From positions 891,680-955,679 of the forward strand of contig CAWARZ010000002.1 of NCBI GenBank assembly GCA_963784695.1: a stretch of DNA of 64,000 bases. The letters run 5' to 3'. The position numbers were made by a program, and so were the translations under genes. Positions within the stretch are counted from its first letter, which is position 1. Each line of letters starts with the position of its first letter. This stretch comes from an uncultured Chloroflexia bacterium (GTDB lineage: Bacteria; Chloroflexota; Chloroflexia; QHBQ01; JAICKM01). This document shows positions 53,474 to 63,972 of this stretch, piece by piece. The notes under the pieces are model-generated. The model saw only the letters and a list, made by a program, of their open reading frames with translations, had not been told where the DNA came from and made no database searches.

Positions 53474-53557
53474 TGGGCAGGGAAGGATTCGAACCTCCGT
53501 AGGCATTACGCCGACTGGTTTACAGCCAGTTCCGATTGGCCACTCCGGCACCTGCCC
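53474..53557 (-). tRNA. tRNA-Tyr (anticodon GTA), long variable arm.
   Basis: GGGCAGG acceptor, anticodon loop CTGTAAA, extended V-arm. Confidence 0.9.
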
Positions 53558-53572
53558 GAGCTATGACGAGGG

Positions 53573-53645
53573 AGCCGACGGTGGGACTCGAACCCGCAAC
53601 CACCTGTTTACAAAACAGGAGCTCTGCCAATTGAGCTACGTCGGC
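53573..53645 (-). tRNA. tRNA-Thr (anticodon TGT).
   Basis: GCCGACG acceptor, anticodon loop TTTGTAA. Confidence 0.9.
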
Positions 53646-53708
53646 ACGAGTGCCTGGTAGGGTCCGTAACCCGCTGCTTTCCCCGCACACCTTTGTGGCG
53701 TGCACCGG

Positions 53709-53737
53709 ATTATACTATATCGCCCTACCAATGTCAA
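53709..53737 (-). promoter_or_regulatory. Consensus promoter TTGACA-17-TATAAT for the tRNA(Thr-Tyr-Thr)-tuf operon.
   Basis: Minus strand: GCTTGACATTGGTAGGGCGATATAGTATAATCCGG. Confidence 0.6.
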
Positions 53738-53867
53738 GCGCTTTTCCGCCTGTATTGGGGCGCCTGGCGCCCGGCCCGCGGGCTGCCGGATTGCCCCCGT
53801 CACCCCCGCGTTGCGCATCGCCCTGCGCGGCCCGTCGCGTCGCTCGGCCGGCACGCGGGCGGCCGGC

Positions 53868-55258
53868 TCAGCCGTGCCGCTGTCGATAAGCGTAGGCGCG
53901 GCGAAAGTGCGCGCTCGCGGCTGCGGGCTCGCCCCAGGTCAGCAAGAGCTCGCCGTAATCGAACTCGATCTCGGCCTGTGTCTCGGCATACTCCGCGTGC
54001 CTGAGCACGTCCAGCGCCTGATCGAGCAGCGCCGTGGCGTCCGCCCGCCGGCCGCCCGCCGCCGCCACCAGGCCGGCCGTGCGCAGCGCGCGCCCGAACG
54101 TGCGGACCGCGTGCGCCTGCCCCTGCCGGTCGCCCGGATCCTGCCCGGCATAGCCCGCGGCGCCCTCCGTAAGGCAGCGGTTCGCGTGGGCCACCGCCGC
54201 GGCGAGCCGGCCGCGCTTCAGCTCCAGGCGGGCGTAGTGCTCATACAGGACGCTGCACGCCAAGGCGTCGCCCGCGGCCTCCAGCGTCTCGGCCGCCGGC
54301 ATCCAGCAGCCCGGCCGCGGCCTCATAGGAGCCGCGCAGGGTCTCGATCTCGGCCAGGTTGACCCGCATCTGCGCCACCGCCCGAGCGTCTCCGGTCGCC
54401 TCCAGCGCCTCCAGGGCCTGCCGGCCATACAGCACGGCGCGCACCAGATCCTCCTTGGCCTTGTGGGCCAGGCTCAATCCCCAGTAGATCCCGGCGCGAC
54501 GCTCGCTGTTCGTGGTGTCCTGCAGCAGATCGAGCGACTCCTGGTAGAGCGCGATCGCTTGATCCAGGTCGCCCAGGGCCCAGCAATCGTTGGCCAGATT
54601 GGTGTAGATAATCAGCTTCAGATTCAGGCGCTTGACGACCCCGCGCCGGATCGCATGCGAGACACGCCTGGTGCTGCTCCAGTGCCTGCCGGGCCATATC
54701 CTGCTCATAGTAGGCCAGCCCGATCAGGTTGCGCACCCGCTCCACGTCTTCCGCTCCGTCGTCCAGCTGCCCCGCCAGCGTCAGCGCCTCCGCCAGATCG
54801 GCCTGGGCCGCCGCGGGCGCGCCCGTCCGCATGGCCGCGGCCGCCCGGACATAGTGGAAGCGATAGCGCGTGCGCGGACCGAGCGCCGCCAGATGCGCAC
54901 CGGCCCCCGCCTGAATCGCGTCGATCAGCTGCGCCGCCTCGGCGGGCCGCCCCGCGTCGACGCGCGCCTTGGCGTGGTCCAGCTGATATGCCACGTCTTC
55001 GTCCAGGGCGGCGAGATCCGGGGGACGGTCGAGCGGCGCGGCAGGCGGCGCCAGGGCGGCGGGCGGGATGGCCAGCCGTTCGGCCAGCAGATCAAGCACC
55101 AGGCGGGAGGGGATGAGAGCGCCTGCCTCGACCGCCTCCACGTAACGGGCGGACAGCCAGGGCCGGCCCAGGTCCGCGGCCGCGATGCCCCGTTGCCGGC
55201 GCAGCGCCTGCACCTGCGCGCCGAGCGCCTGCGCCGCCGCGTGGTCGCCACTGTCCAT
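53868..55258 (-). CDS. XRE-type HTH plus TPR-repeat transcriptional regulator. Two +1 frameshifts (approx 54330..54440 and approx 54700).
   Basis: N-terminal HTH (LRRQRGIAAADLGRPWLSARYVEAVE); TPR-like helices spread over three successive frames. Confidence 0.65.
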
Positions 55259-55299
55259 ACGTCTGTACTCCTGCGCGACAGAGCCCGAAAGCAGTCGTC

Positions 55300-55450
55300 C
55301 GGGGCGCTCCCGGCGCGCGGCATCCTCAGCCCGCGGCCGCCGCCCGCTGGCGCAATACCCTGTACAGCACCGCCGATCCCGCCACCGAGGCGTTTAGCGA
55401 CTCGATCTGCCCGTGCATCGGCAGCGCCGGCGCGCCGTCGCACCGCGCCC
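55300..55450 (-). repeat. Duplicated fragment of the rlmB 3' end (approx 150 bp, approx 90% identical to 56222..56370).
   Basis: Encodes ...CDGAPALPMHGQIESLNASVAGSAVLYRVLRQRAAAAG* with nothing rlmB-like upstream. Confidence 0.6.
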
Positions 55451-55541
55451 GTCCAGCCGCGAGCCCGGTCCGTGCGGTATAATCAGCACGGGACCCCATC
55501 GAGCCGCGCCGCGGCAACGCGGCGGTGCACGGAAGGAGCGC

Positions 55542-55772
55542 GCAATGCCTACCCGACCGATTACCATCCAGGTGGACTCCGCAGCCGCCGATGCCTTCGA
55601 CGCGGCGTCTGCCGATCAACGGCGGAAGCTGGAGGTCTTGCTCAGCTTGCGCCTGACAGAGATTACGCAGACGCAGGAGTCCTTGGCGCAGGTCATGGAC
55701 GAGATCGGCCGTACTGCCCATGACCGCGGGATGACGCCTGAGCTATTGCAGACGCTCCTCGATGAGTCCTAA
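55542..55772 (+). CDS. Putative type II antitoxin (small acidic helical protein).
   Basis: MPTRPITIQVDSAAADAFDAASADQRRKLEVLLSLRL...; overlaps the toxin by 11 bp. A TATAAT box within an inverted repeat lies upstream. Confidence 0.55.
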   Translation, partial: AMPTRPITIQVDSAAADAFDAASADQRRKLEVLLSLRLTEITQTQESLAQVMDEIGRTAHDRGMTPELLQTLLDES

Positions 55773-56190
55773 CAGGCCGGCCTATGTCGTCGACACGAAC
55801 GTTATCGTAAGCGCGCTCTTGTTACCGGGCGGAATTCCCCGCCAAGCGTTGGATGCCGCGCGGGCTGACGGCGACCTTCTGGTCTCGCGAGCCTTGCTTT
55901 TGGAGCTAGACGCGGTGCTGCGCCGGCCCAAGTTCGACCGCTATCTGCTGCCCCAGGAGCGGTCGCGCTTCTTCATTGCGCTTGTGCGCGAGTCACGGCT
56001 GGTCGAGGTCACCGCTCACGTCGATGCATGCCGCGATCCAAAGGACAACGCGATCCTGGAGCTGGCCGCCGATGGAGGAGCGACTCACATTATTACCGGC
56101 GACTCCGATCTGCTGACGCTCGGTAGCTTCCAGGGCACGGCAATTCTGACCCCGGAGCGTTTCCTGCACTACCGCGCCCACCTCACGTAG
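55762..56190 (+). CDS. vapC: PIN-domain ribonuclease toxin (VapC-like).
   Basis: AYVVDTNVIVSALL (Asp1), ...ELAADGGATHIITGDSDLL (conserved acidic residues). Confidence 0.8.
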   Translation: MSPNRPAYVVDTNVIVSALLLPGGIPRQALDAARADGDLLVSRALLLELDAVLRRPKFDRYLLPQERSRFFIALVRESRLVEVTAHVDACRDPKDNAILELAADGGATHIITGDSDLLTLGSFQGTAILTPERFLHYRAHLT

Positions 56191-56247
56191 CGGCAAGGCA
56201 TGCACGATCGGCAACGGCCCGTGGGGCGCTCCCGGCGCGCGGCATCC

Positions 56248-57147
56248 TCAGCCCGCGGCCGCCTCCCGCTGGCGCAACACCTCGTACAGCACCACCGATC
56301 CCGCGACCGAGGCGTTTAGCGACTCGATCTGCCCGTGCATTGGCAAGGCCAGCGCGCCGTCGCAGCGCTTGCGCACCAGCGCGCTCACCCCCTTGCCCTC
56401 CGACCCGACCACGAGGCCGAGCGGCCCGCGCAGGTCAGCCTGCCCGATCGGCGTCGCCTCGGCGTCGCCCGCCAGCGCGTAGACCCATAGCCCCGTCTCG
56501 CGCTTCAGCTGTTCGACCGCACGCGCGATGTTCGCCACGTGGGCGACGCGCAGGTACTCCACCGCGCCCGACGACGCGTTCGCCACGGCCGGCGTGACCC
56601 CCACGGCGTGGTGCTCAGGCAGCACGACCCCGGTGACGCCGACGGCTTCCGCTGTGCGCAGCAGCGTGCCGAAGTTCTGCGGGTCCTGCAGGCTGTCGAG
56701 GATCAACAGCAACGCGCGCGGACCCGCCGCGTTCACCCGCTCCACCAGGACGGTCCAATCCGTATAGTGGAAGTCGGCGACCAGTGCGGCGACGCCCTGG
56801 TGGTTGGCGCCGTTCGTCAGCTTGTCGAGCCGCTCGCCCTGCACCTCGTCGATCGGGATGCCGCGCTGCCGCGCCAGCTGCACGAGGCTCTCCAGCGGCG
56901 CGCGCCCGGCCAGGTGGACCGTACGCCGCTCGGCGCGCGTCGGTTCGGCAGGCAGCGCCCGCCCGCGCCCGCTCGCCGCGCCCGGGCGTCCCCCTTTGGC
57001 CGGCGGCGCATTGCCGCGACGGCCCCGTGGGGGGCCGGAGGGCGCGGGCTTCGGCGCGGCAGGCTGCGCCACGTAGAGACGCATCATTTTGCGGCCGGCG
57101 CGCAGCGCCTCGCGCACCGCGTTCCGCCCGTAGAGGAGGTCGGTCAT
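56248..57147 (-). CDS. rlmB: 23S rRNA (guanosine-2'-O)-methyltransferase RlmB (SpoU/TrmH family), with a low-complexity N-terminal insert.
   Basis: SpoU_sub_bind plus SpoU methylase motifs (LLILDSLQDPQNFGTLLRTAEA, LVVGSEGKGVS, MHGQIESLNASVAGSVVLYE). Confidence 0.85.
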   Translation of the reverse strand: MTDLLYGRNAVREALRAGRKMMRLYVAQPAAPKPAPSGPPRGRRGNAPPAKGGRPGAASGRGRALPAEPTRAERRTVHLAGRAPLESLVQLARQRGIPIDEVQGERLDKLTNGANHQGVAALVADFHYTDWTVLVERVNAAGPRALLLILDSLQDPQNFGTLLRTAEAVGVTGVVLPEHHAVGVTPAVANASSGAVEYLRVAHVANIARAVEQLKRETGLWVYALAGDAEATPIGQADLRGPLGLVVGSEGKGVSALVRKRCDGALALPMHGQIESLNASVAGSVVLYEVLRQREAAAG

Positions 57148-57171
57148 CGCCCGCTCCGGCGCCGCGCCGCG

Positions 57172-57489
57172 CTAGCCATCGCCGCCCGCCTTCGTCGGCG
57201 TGGCCGGCGCGCTGCCGCCGCCGTCCGAGGCCGCGGGCTCCTTCTTCGGCTCCGCGCTCGGCTTCGGCTCCGTGGAGTGCTCCCCCCCGGCGGGCTTGCT
57301 CTCGCTCGGCCGCTTCCGGCTGTCGTTGATGTACCAGCCCGAGCCCTTGAAGATCACCCCGACCGGCTGAAAGACGCGCCGCGTCTCCCCCCCGCACGCC
57401 GGGCAGACGCGGATTGGCTCGTCGCGAAACGACTGGATCCGCTCGAACCGCTCACCACAGGCCCGGCACTCATACTCATAGGTCGGCAT
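57172..57489 (-). CDS. FmdB-family zinc-ribbon regulatory protein.
   Basis: MPTYEYECRACGERFERIQSFRDEPIRVCPACGG. Confidence 0.8.
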   Translation of the reverse strand: MPTYEYECRACGERFERIQSFRDEPIRVCPACGGETRRVFQPVGVIFKGSGWYINDSRKRPSESKPAGGEHSTEPKPSAEPKKEPAASDGGGSAPATPTKAGGDG

Positions 57490-57585
57490 ACACAGACTCT
57501 CCTTTGACCGTGGAAACCCAGCCGTGCAATTTGGGGACCACCGTGCGCGGCCGCGCGGCAACCTCCGGCGCGGGCCCGCGGCGGC

Positions 57586-58740
57586 TCAGGGTGTGCCTAA
57601 CAAATACTGCTGCAGCGCGTCGGCGTAGGCCAGCGCGATGGCCTGGCGCACCGAATCCAGCTTCAGCTCGGCGGCCTCCTCCGGCGACGTCACGTAGAGC
57701 AATTCGGCGATCACTCCCGGCATCTGCGTGGCCCGCGGGTGGTTCGGCGGGTTGGCCGGCCCCAGCATGAACAGGTGCCCCGGTGCTTCCCCGGGCACGT
57801 CCGACCACGTGTCGTCGCGCAGCTCGCTGCGCGCGACCGGGTAGCCGATCGCGGCCAGTTTGTCCCTCAATTGGCTGAGCACGAGCGCACCGAGGTGCTT
57901 GCTCTGCGCCGGGAAGAGACAGTCAGAGCTTGCGCAGTAGAGCGCCTGGACGCCCTGGCGCTTGGCTGGGTCCGCGCTGCTGTTGGCGTGCATGCTCAGG
58001 AAGACCTCGGCGCCGAAGTTGTTCAGGATGTCGATGCGCTCCTGCAGGTCGTCGGCCTCGCCGTTCTTGATCCCGTCGCCGTTGGTGTCGGGCGGCCACG
58101 GCGCGGTGAACGAATCCTTGGTCTCCCGGGTCATGACAACCGCGGCGCCGCGCGCGCGCAGCAGCGCCGCCGTGCGCAGGCCCACGTCGAGATTGAGCTC
58201 GTCCTCCGCCAGCACCAGCTTGCCCGTGGCCGGGTCGACCAGCACCGCGCCCAGGTCTCCGCGCGGGCCGTGGCCCGGGTCGAGGCCGATGCGCCGGCCC
58301 TTCAGCGGCAGCGCCGCGTCGGGCGTCGCCGTCGGCGGCGGCACCGTCGCGGTCGGCGACGGCACCGGCGTCGCGGTGGCCGGCACCGGCGTCGGGCTCG
58401 GGGGCAGCGGCGTCGCACTCGGCGGGACGAGCGTCGCGCTCGGCGCCACGGCCGCGACAGGTGGCGAGGCCGGCGCCTGGCTCGGCGTCGGCGCGGCGGC
58501 CGCCCCGCCCGCGACCGGCGCCGTCGGCGTCGTCAGGCTGCCCGCCGGGGTCGACCGCACGCTCGACAGGCTGCCCCACAGCAGCACCGCGATGAGCACG
58601 ACGAACGCCACGCCGGGAATGACCAGCCCGCGGATCTGCGCCGCCGTCCACCGGGGGGCACTCGGCGGCGGCGCGTCTGTCGCCTCACGTGCCGGTTGGC
58701 CGCCGACGAAGTCGTCCGCGCGCCCTTGTTCTCGATCCAT
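57586..58740 (-). CDS. N-acetylmuramoyl-L-alanine amidase (Amidase_3, CwlD/AmiC-like) with N-terminal TM and a Pro/Thr/Ala linker.
   Basis: GLDPGHG...LSMHANS...amidase_3 zinc-ligand pattern. Confidence 0.85.
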   Translation of the reverse strand: MDREQGRADDFVGGQPAREATDAPPPSAPRWTAAQIRGLVIPGVAFVVLIAVLLWGSLSSVRSTPAGSLTTPTAPVAGGAAAAPTPSQAPASPPVAAVAPSATLVPPSATPLPPSPTPVPATATPVPSPTATVPPPTATPDAALPLKGRRIGLDPGHGPRGDLGAVLVDPATGKLVLAEDELNLDVGLRTAALLRARGAAVVMTRETKDSFTAPWPPDTNGDGIKNGEADDLQERIDILNNFGAEVFLSMHANSSADPAKRQGVQALYCASSDCLFPAQSKHLGALVLSQLRDKLAAIGYPVARSELRDDTWSDVPGEAPGHLFMLGPANPPNHPRATQMPGVIAELLYVTSPEEAAELKLDSVRQAIALAYADALQQYLLGTP

Positions 58741-58972
58741 ATATCCTCACTAGCCGCGTTGGGAGTCGCTCCGCGCCGCCGGCTGGGCGGCCGCCGCGCC
58801 GAACGCCCTCGCAGTATAGGCAAGGCGGCGCGGCCGCGTCAAGCCGGACGAGGCGCGGGCGGCGTTTGTGGTATAATTGTGCGGCGTGCGCACCGCAGAT
58901 CGCGCGCCGCCGTGCCGGCTCGTGCACCTACTGGATTGCCGGATGGATTAGGAAGGACTTTCGCACTCAGGT

Positions 58973-61219
58973 ATGCCTGATTCCCTCGCTCAGCTGCTCG
59001 ACGCCCGCCTGTCCGTGCTCGCCGCGCGTTGGCCGCCCGTCGCGGGCGCCGAGGGCGACGCGCTCCGCAACCCCCTGGCGGCGCCCTTCGGGCCGCTCCA
59101 CTATTCCCAGATCCTGGAAGCGGTCCACACGACCGACCGCAGCGCCTGGCTCACCCAGGTGCGCCGGGCGGGCGCGGCGCGCGCCGCGGCCGGCACCGCC
59201 ATCCCCATCCTGGTCACCGAGGCGCTCAGCTGCCTGCACACGGTGCGCCACGTCGTCCTCGGCCCCCCACGCGACGGCGACGAGGCGCCCGCCGCCGTCT
59301 CCCAACAGCTGGATACGCTGGAGACGGAGATCCTGTCCGCGCTGCTCAACGGCTACGTCGAAGGCCAGGAGCGCCGCGCCGACGAACAGCGGCTGGCGCT
59401 GGAGGAAGTCGGCGCGCTCTTCAAGATTAACTCGGCCGCCAACTCCACGCTCGACTTCGACCAGGTGCTCGACCGCGTCGTCGAGCACGTCGCCGACGCC
59501 ATGCTCACCGATATCTGCTCCCTCTTCATCTACGAGCAGGAGATCGATCAGCTGGTGCTGCGCGCCACGCGCGGCCTGGCCCCCGAGATGGTGGGCCGCG
59601 TGCGCCTGCGCCTGGGCGAGGGCATCACCGGCTGGGCCGCCCGCGCCGGCAAGCCCCTGGCCCTCAGCGACGGCTGGAGGGACGAGCGCTTCCTGCACGT
59701 GCCCGGCGTCGGCGAGGAAGGCACCCGGGCCATCCTGGCCGTGCCCATCGTGCTCTACACCAAGCTCAAGCTGGTCGGCGTCATCACGATCCAGAGCTAC
59801 GACGCGCGCCATTTCACCGAGCGCGACATCCGCTTCCTCGAGACGGTGGCCGGCGAGGTCGCCATCGCCATCGAGAACGCGCGTCTGCACCGCGACACCG
59901 ACGACCGCCTGCGCCAGAAGGTGGGCGAGATGACGATCCTGCAGGGCGTCTCGGCCAGCATCGCCGCGACACTCGACCTGCACGACGTGGCCCGCCTCAT
60001 CGCCAGCGAGGCGGTGCACCTCATGAGCGCCGATGCCTCCCTGCTCTACGAGTTCCGGGGCCAGCAGCTAACGCCGACCGCCACGTTCGGCCTGCTGGCC
60101 GAGGAGGGCCACCGCGGCGAGCCGCCGCAGCCGCCGGCCGCCACCGCGCCGCTACCCACGCTCGATCCCGAGACGAGCGTGATCGCCCGCGCCGTGCTCG
60201 CCGGCCGGCCGGTGATCGTGGACCTCCACGCCGGCAACAGCCCCGAATCCGGCCAGCTGCTCCACAAGATCGCCGACGACCCCAGCCTCAGCTTGCCGGG
60301 CATCGGCATGGACAGCGTCACCCCCATCCGCATCGGCGCCGATCCCGGCGGCCTGCCCTTCGCCACCCAGTTGTGCGTGCCACTGCTCGCACCCCGCAGT
60401 ATTGTCGGCGGCATCTGCATCTACAGCCGCACCCCGCGCGGCTTCAGCGAGGAGCAGATCAGCCTGTTGCTGGCCTTCGCCCGCGAGGGCGCCATCGCCA
60501 TCGAGAACGCGCACCTGTACGAGGAGGCGCGGCACGGCATGGAGATGCAGGCGCTGCTGCTGCGCGAGATGCACCATCGCGTGCGCAACAACCTCCAGCG
60601 CACGGCCTCCCTGCTGCGCATGCAGGCCCACCGCCTGCCCGAGGACAACCCCGCCCGCCGCGCCCTGCAGGAGAGCGTGATCCGCGTGCAATCGATCGCC
60701 CGCGTGCACGACCTGCTCTCGCGCGGCGAGGTCGGCCTGACCGAGGTCGGAGCCGTCGCTAACCTCGCCTGTGAGGTGGTGAACAACACGCTCGGCCGGC
60801 CCGACCTGCGCGTCCGCTGGCACGTCGAGCCCGCGCGCCTGACGCTCTCCTCGCGCGAGGCCTTCCCGCTCACCCTGCTGCTCACCGAGTTGCTCTCGAA
60901 CTCCGTACTGCACGGCTTCGCCGGGCGCGACGAGGGCCAGGTGCGCATCCAGGCCACACGCGCGCGCGACGAGCTCGTGCTGACCATCCGCGACAATGGC
61001 CAGGGCGTGCCGTCCGACTTCGACAGCAACCGCGATGCCCACCTCGGCCTCGAGGTCGTCCGCCGCCTCGGCGAGCAAGAGCTCGGCGGCTCCGTCTCGA
61101 TCGGCCCGAACCCGGAGGGCGCCGGCACGCAGACTGTGCTGCGCTTCCCCTATCAGCCGCCGGCCGAGCCCGATCCCGCCGACGTGCTCGACCAGCCGGT
61201 CGCCTGGATCGCGACGTGA
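58973..61219 (+). CDS. Cytoplasmic GAF-GAF sensor histidine kinase of the HisKA_2 (HWE-like) type.
   Basis: Two GAF domains, H-box MHHRVRNNLQ, HATPase_c. Confidence 0.85.
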   Translation: MPDSLAQLLDARLSVLAARWPPVAGAEGDALRNPLAAPFGPLHYSQILEAVHTTDRSAWLTQVRRAGAARAAAGTAIPILVTEALSCLHTVRHVVLGPPRDGDEAPAAVSQQLDTLETEILSALLNGYVEGQERRADEQRLALEEVGALFKINSAANSTLDFDQVLDRVVEHVADAMLTDICSLFIYEQEIDQLVLRATRGLAPEMVGRVRLRLGEGITGWAARAGKPLALSDGWRDERFLHVPGVGEEGTRAILAVPIVLYTKLKLVGVITIQSYDARHFTERDIRFLETVAGEVAIAIENARLHRDTDDRLRQKVGEMTILQGVSASIAATLDLHDVARLIASEAVHLMSADASLLYEFRGQQLTPTATFGLLAEEGHRGEPPQPPAATAPLPTLDPETSVIARAVLAGRPVIVDLHAGNSPESGQLLHKIADDPSLSLPGIGMDSVTPIRIGADPGGLPFATQLCVPLLAPRSIVGGICIYSRTPRGFSEEQISLLLAFAREGAIAIENAHLYEEARHGMEMQALLLREMHHRVRNNLQRTASLLRMQAHRLPEDNPARRALQESVIRVQSIARVHDLLSRGEVGLTEVGAVANLACEVVNNTLGRPDLRVRWHVEPARLTLSSREAFPLTLLLTELLSNSVLHGFAGRDEGQVRIQATRARDELVLTIRDNGQGVPSDFDSNRDAHLGLEVVRRLGEQELGGSVSIGPNPEGAGTQTVLRFPYQPPAEPDPADVLDQPVAWIAT

Positions 61220-62173
61220 GCACCCCTACCGCGATCGTCAGCCGCGACCTGACCCGCAGCTTCGACGGCCGCGTGGCCGTGGAAGACCTCAACCTCGACG
61301 TGCCCGCCGGGGAGGTCTTCGGCTTCCTCGGCCCGAACGGCGCCGGCAAAACCACGACCATCCGCATGCTCACCGCGCTGATCGCGCCGACGCGCGGCGA
61401 CGCCTGGGTCGCCGGCCGCACGCTCGGGCCCGAGAACCAGGCCATCCGCCAGACCGTCGGCCTCCTGACCGAGACGCCCGGCCTCTACGACGGCCTCACC
61501 GCCGAGCAGAATCTGGCCTTCTTCGCCGACCTGTACGGCATGGAGCCCGCCGACGCCGCGCGGCAGATCGAGCTATACCTGCGGCGCTTCGAGCTGTGGG
61601 ACCGGCGCGCCGACCGCGTGGCCGGCTTCTCGAAGGGTATGAAGCAGAAGATCGCGCTCACCCGCGCACTGCTTGCATCGCCCGGCCATCGTCTTCCTCG
61701 ACGAGCCGACGGCGGGCCTCGACCCCGAGAGCGCGCGCGTGGTCCACGAGTTCATCGCCGAGATCCGCGGCGAGGGCCGCACGATCTTCCTGAGCACGCA
61801 CAATCTGGACGAGGCCCAGCGCATTTGCGACCGCGTGGCCATCTTCCGGCGCACCATCATCCGCATGGGCACGCCGACCGAGCTCCGGCGCGGCCTCTAC
61901 GGCCGGCAGGTGGAGGTGCGGCTGGCCCCGGGCGCCGACGCCGAGCGCCTCGCCGCCGTCGTCCGCGCCCTGCCGATTGCCGGCACGGTCGAGAACGGCA
62001 GCGCCGACCGCCTCGTCGTGAGCCTGCACGATACCGACACGCAGGTCCCGGCGCTGGTCACCGCGCTCGTCGGCGCGGGCGCCCAGATCTACCGCGTGGC
62101 CGAGGTCGAGCACTCGCTCGAGGCGGCCTACTTCGACCTGATTGGCGAGCAAGCGCCGGAGGCCGCCGCATGA
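61216..62173 (+). CDS. ABC transporter ATP-binding protein (ABC-2 type), with a +1 frameshift near 61680.
   Basis: Walker A GPNGAGKTT, signature FSKGMKQK, then frame 61673..62173 with Walker B IVFLDEPTAGLD and the H-loop. Confidence 0.8.
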
Positions 62174-63027
62174 GCACCGTCGCCCATCCCGTGCCCAGCC
62201 CACCGCTGTCCTGGCGCCGCATTTGGACGGTCGTCCGCAAAGAGCTCCGGCTGGGCTTCCAGAACCGGATGACCCAGTTGACGGTCGGCATCGTCACCCT
62301 GATCTTCATCCTCATGCCGCTGGCCATGGCCTACGGCATGGGCGACAACGGTCTGCTGCAGCAGATGAGCGCCGGCCAGCCCATCGATCCGCAGCAGGTG
62401 GCGATTGTCCGGCAGGTCTTCCCGCAGCTGGCCGATCTCTCGCCCGACACGCTGATCCAGGCGCTGCTGCTCTCCAGCATGCAGGCACTCTTCCTGATCA
62501 TCCCGCTTATGATCCCGCTGATTATCGCGGTCTACAGCGTGATCGGGGAGAAACAGACGCGCAGCCTGGAGGCGGTGCTGGCCACCCCGATCGAGACCCG
62601 CGAGCTATTGCTTGCCAAGTGCCTCGCGGCGGCCGCGCCCGGCGTGCTGTCCGGCTGGGTGAGCTACCTGATCTTCGCGCTGCTCGCCATCCCCGCCCTG
62701 CCCGCGCCGGTCCTCCGCGCGGTGGTCTTCAATCCGGCCTGGCTGCTGGCGCTGCTGCTGATTGCGCCCGCGGCGTCATTCCTGGCCGTGATCGTCGGCC
62801 TGATGGTCTCGTCGCGCGCCACCGACCCGCAGTCGGCGCAGCAGGTCGCCGGCATCATCGTGCTGCCGGTCGTGGTGCTCGTCATCGGCCAGATCGCGGG
62901 CCTGGTGCAATTGAGCATCCTGCTGGTGCTTGGCGCGACCGTCGTCCTGGCGGCCGTCGACATCGGCCTGCTGGCCGCCGCCGTCCGGCTGTTCCAGCGT
63001 GAGACCATCCTGACCCGCTGGAAGTGA
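62170..63027 (+). CDS. ABC-2 family transporter permease (six TM).
   Basis: ATGA overlap with the ATPase stop; hydrophobic throughout. Confidence 0.75.
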   Translation: MSTVAHPVPSPPLSWRRIWTVVRKELRLGFQNRMTQLTVGIVTLIFILMPLAMAYGMGDNGLLQQMSAGQPIDPQQVAIVRQVFPQLADLSPDTLIQALLLSSMQALFLIIPLMIPLIIAVYSVIGEKQTRSLEAVLATPIETRELLLAKCLAAAAPGVLSGWVSYLIFALLAIPALPAPVLRAVVFNPAWLLALLLIAPAASFLAVIVGLMVSSRATDPQSAQQVAGIIVLPVVVLVIGQIAGLVQLSILLVLGATVVLAAVDIGLLAAAVRLFQRETILTRWK

Positions 63028-63135
63028 GCAACATCCCCGAGTCAGGCGACAACCCATCGACACGCGGCCGGCACCCCGGCCGCCCCGGCAACCACCGGCC
63101 CGGCTGAGCGGGCCTACCAAGGAGAGCCTTTCCGC

Positions 63136-63972
63136 ATGAGCACCAAGAGTCCCTCGAACCGCGACCCGAAGCCCGCCGCCCCCGGCGCCCCCCGCCCGGC
63201 CTCCCGGCCCACCGGCACGGGCGGCAGCCGCCCGGCGGGCAGCGGCACGCGCCCGGCCGGCACCCCGAGCGCCCGTCCGTCCGGCCGCCCCGCGCCCGGC
63301 ACCCCGAGCGCCCGCCCAGCCGGCCGCCCCGTGCCCGCCGGGCAGGCGCGGTCAGCACGCCCCCAGGGCCGCCCCGTGCCGGGCGCGGCGCCCAACCGCA
63401 CCACGCCCTACCTCATCGGCGGCGCGGCCCTGCTGATCATTATCATCCTGGCCGGCGCAATCTACCTGAGCCTGAACGGGAATAGCGGCGGCGGCGCGAA
63501 CGGCGGCGCGGCGACCGCGGCCTGCGGCGGCACGGCCGACCCGAACGGCAGCACCGCCTGCGTCGAGACGACCAAGGGCGTCTTCAAGATCCACCTCTAC
63601 ACCGACGATGCCTCCGTCAAGAACACCGTGAAGAACTTCCGCGACAAGGTGAACAGCGGCTTCTACAACGGCAAGACCTTCCATCGCGTCGAGGACTGGG
63701 TCATCCAGGGCGGCGATCCGTTGGGCAACGGCACCGGCGGCGGCACGATGCCCGCCGAGTACAACGCCCGCTCCTTCGTGCGCGGCGCCGTGGGCGTGGC
63801 GCGCGGCAACGACAAGACGATCAACAACGACAGCCAGTGGTTCGTCGTCAAGACCGATGCCACCTATCTGGACAACAACTATACCAACTTCGGCCAGGTC
63901 ACCGCGGGCATGGACGTGGTCGACAAGATCGTCGTCGGCGACACGATGACCAAGATCACCATGCTGCCCTAA
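63136..63972 (+). CDS. Cyclophilin-type peptidyl-prolyl cis-trans isomerase, membrane-anchored with an N-terminal Pro/Arg-rich region.
   Basis: FHRVEDWVIQGGDPLGNGTGG...GVARGNDKTINNDSQWFV. Confidence 0.85.
   Translation: MSTKSPSNRDPKPAAPGAPRPASRPTGTGGSRPAGSGTRPAGTPSARPSGRPAPGTPSARPAGRPVPAGQARSARPQGRPVPGAAPNRTTPYLIGGAALLIIIILAGAIYLSLNGNSGGGANGGAATAACGGTADPNGSTACVETTKGVFKIHLYTDDASVKNTVKNFRDKVNSGFYNGKTFHRVEDWVIQGGDPLGNGTGGGTMPAEYNARSFVRGAVGVARGNDKTINNDSQWFVVKTDATYLDNNYTNFGQVTAGMDVVDKIVVGDTMTKITMLP

Noticed and set aside
55326-55721. 131-aa minus-strand ORF
   Set aside because: Only its last approx 40 codons are meaningful (the duplicated rlmB tail). The rest is read-through antisense to the antitoxin promoter region.
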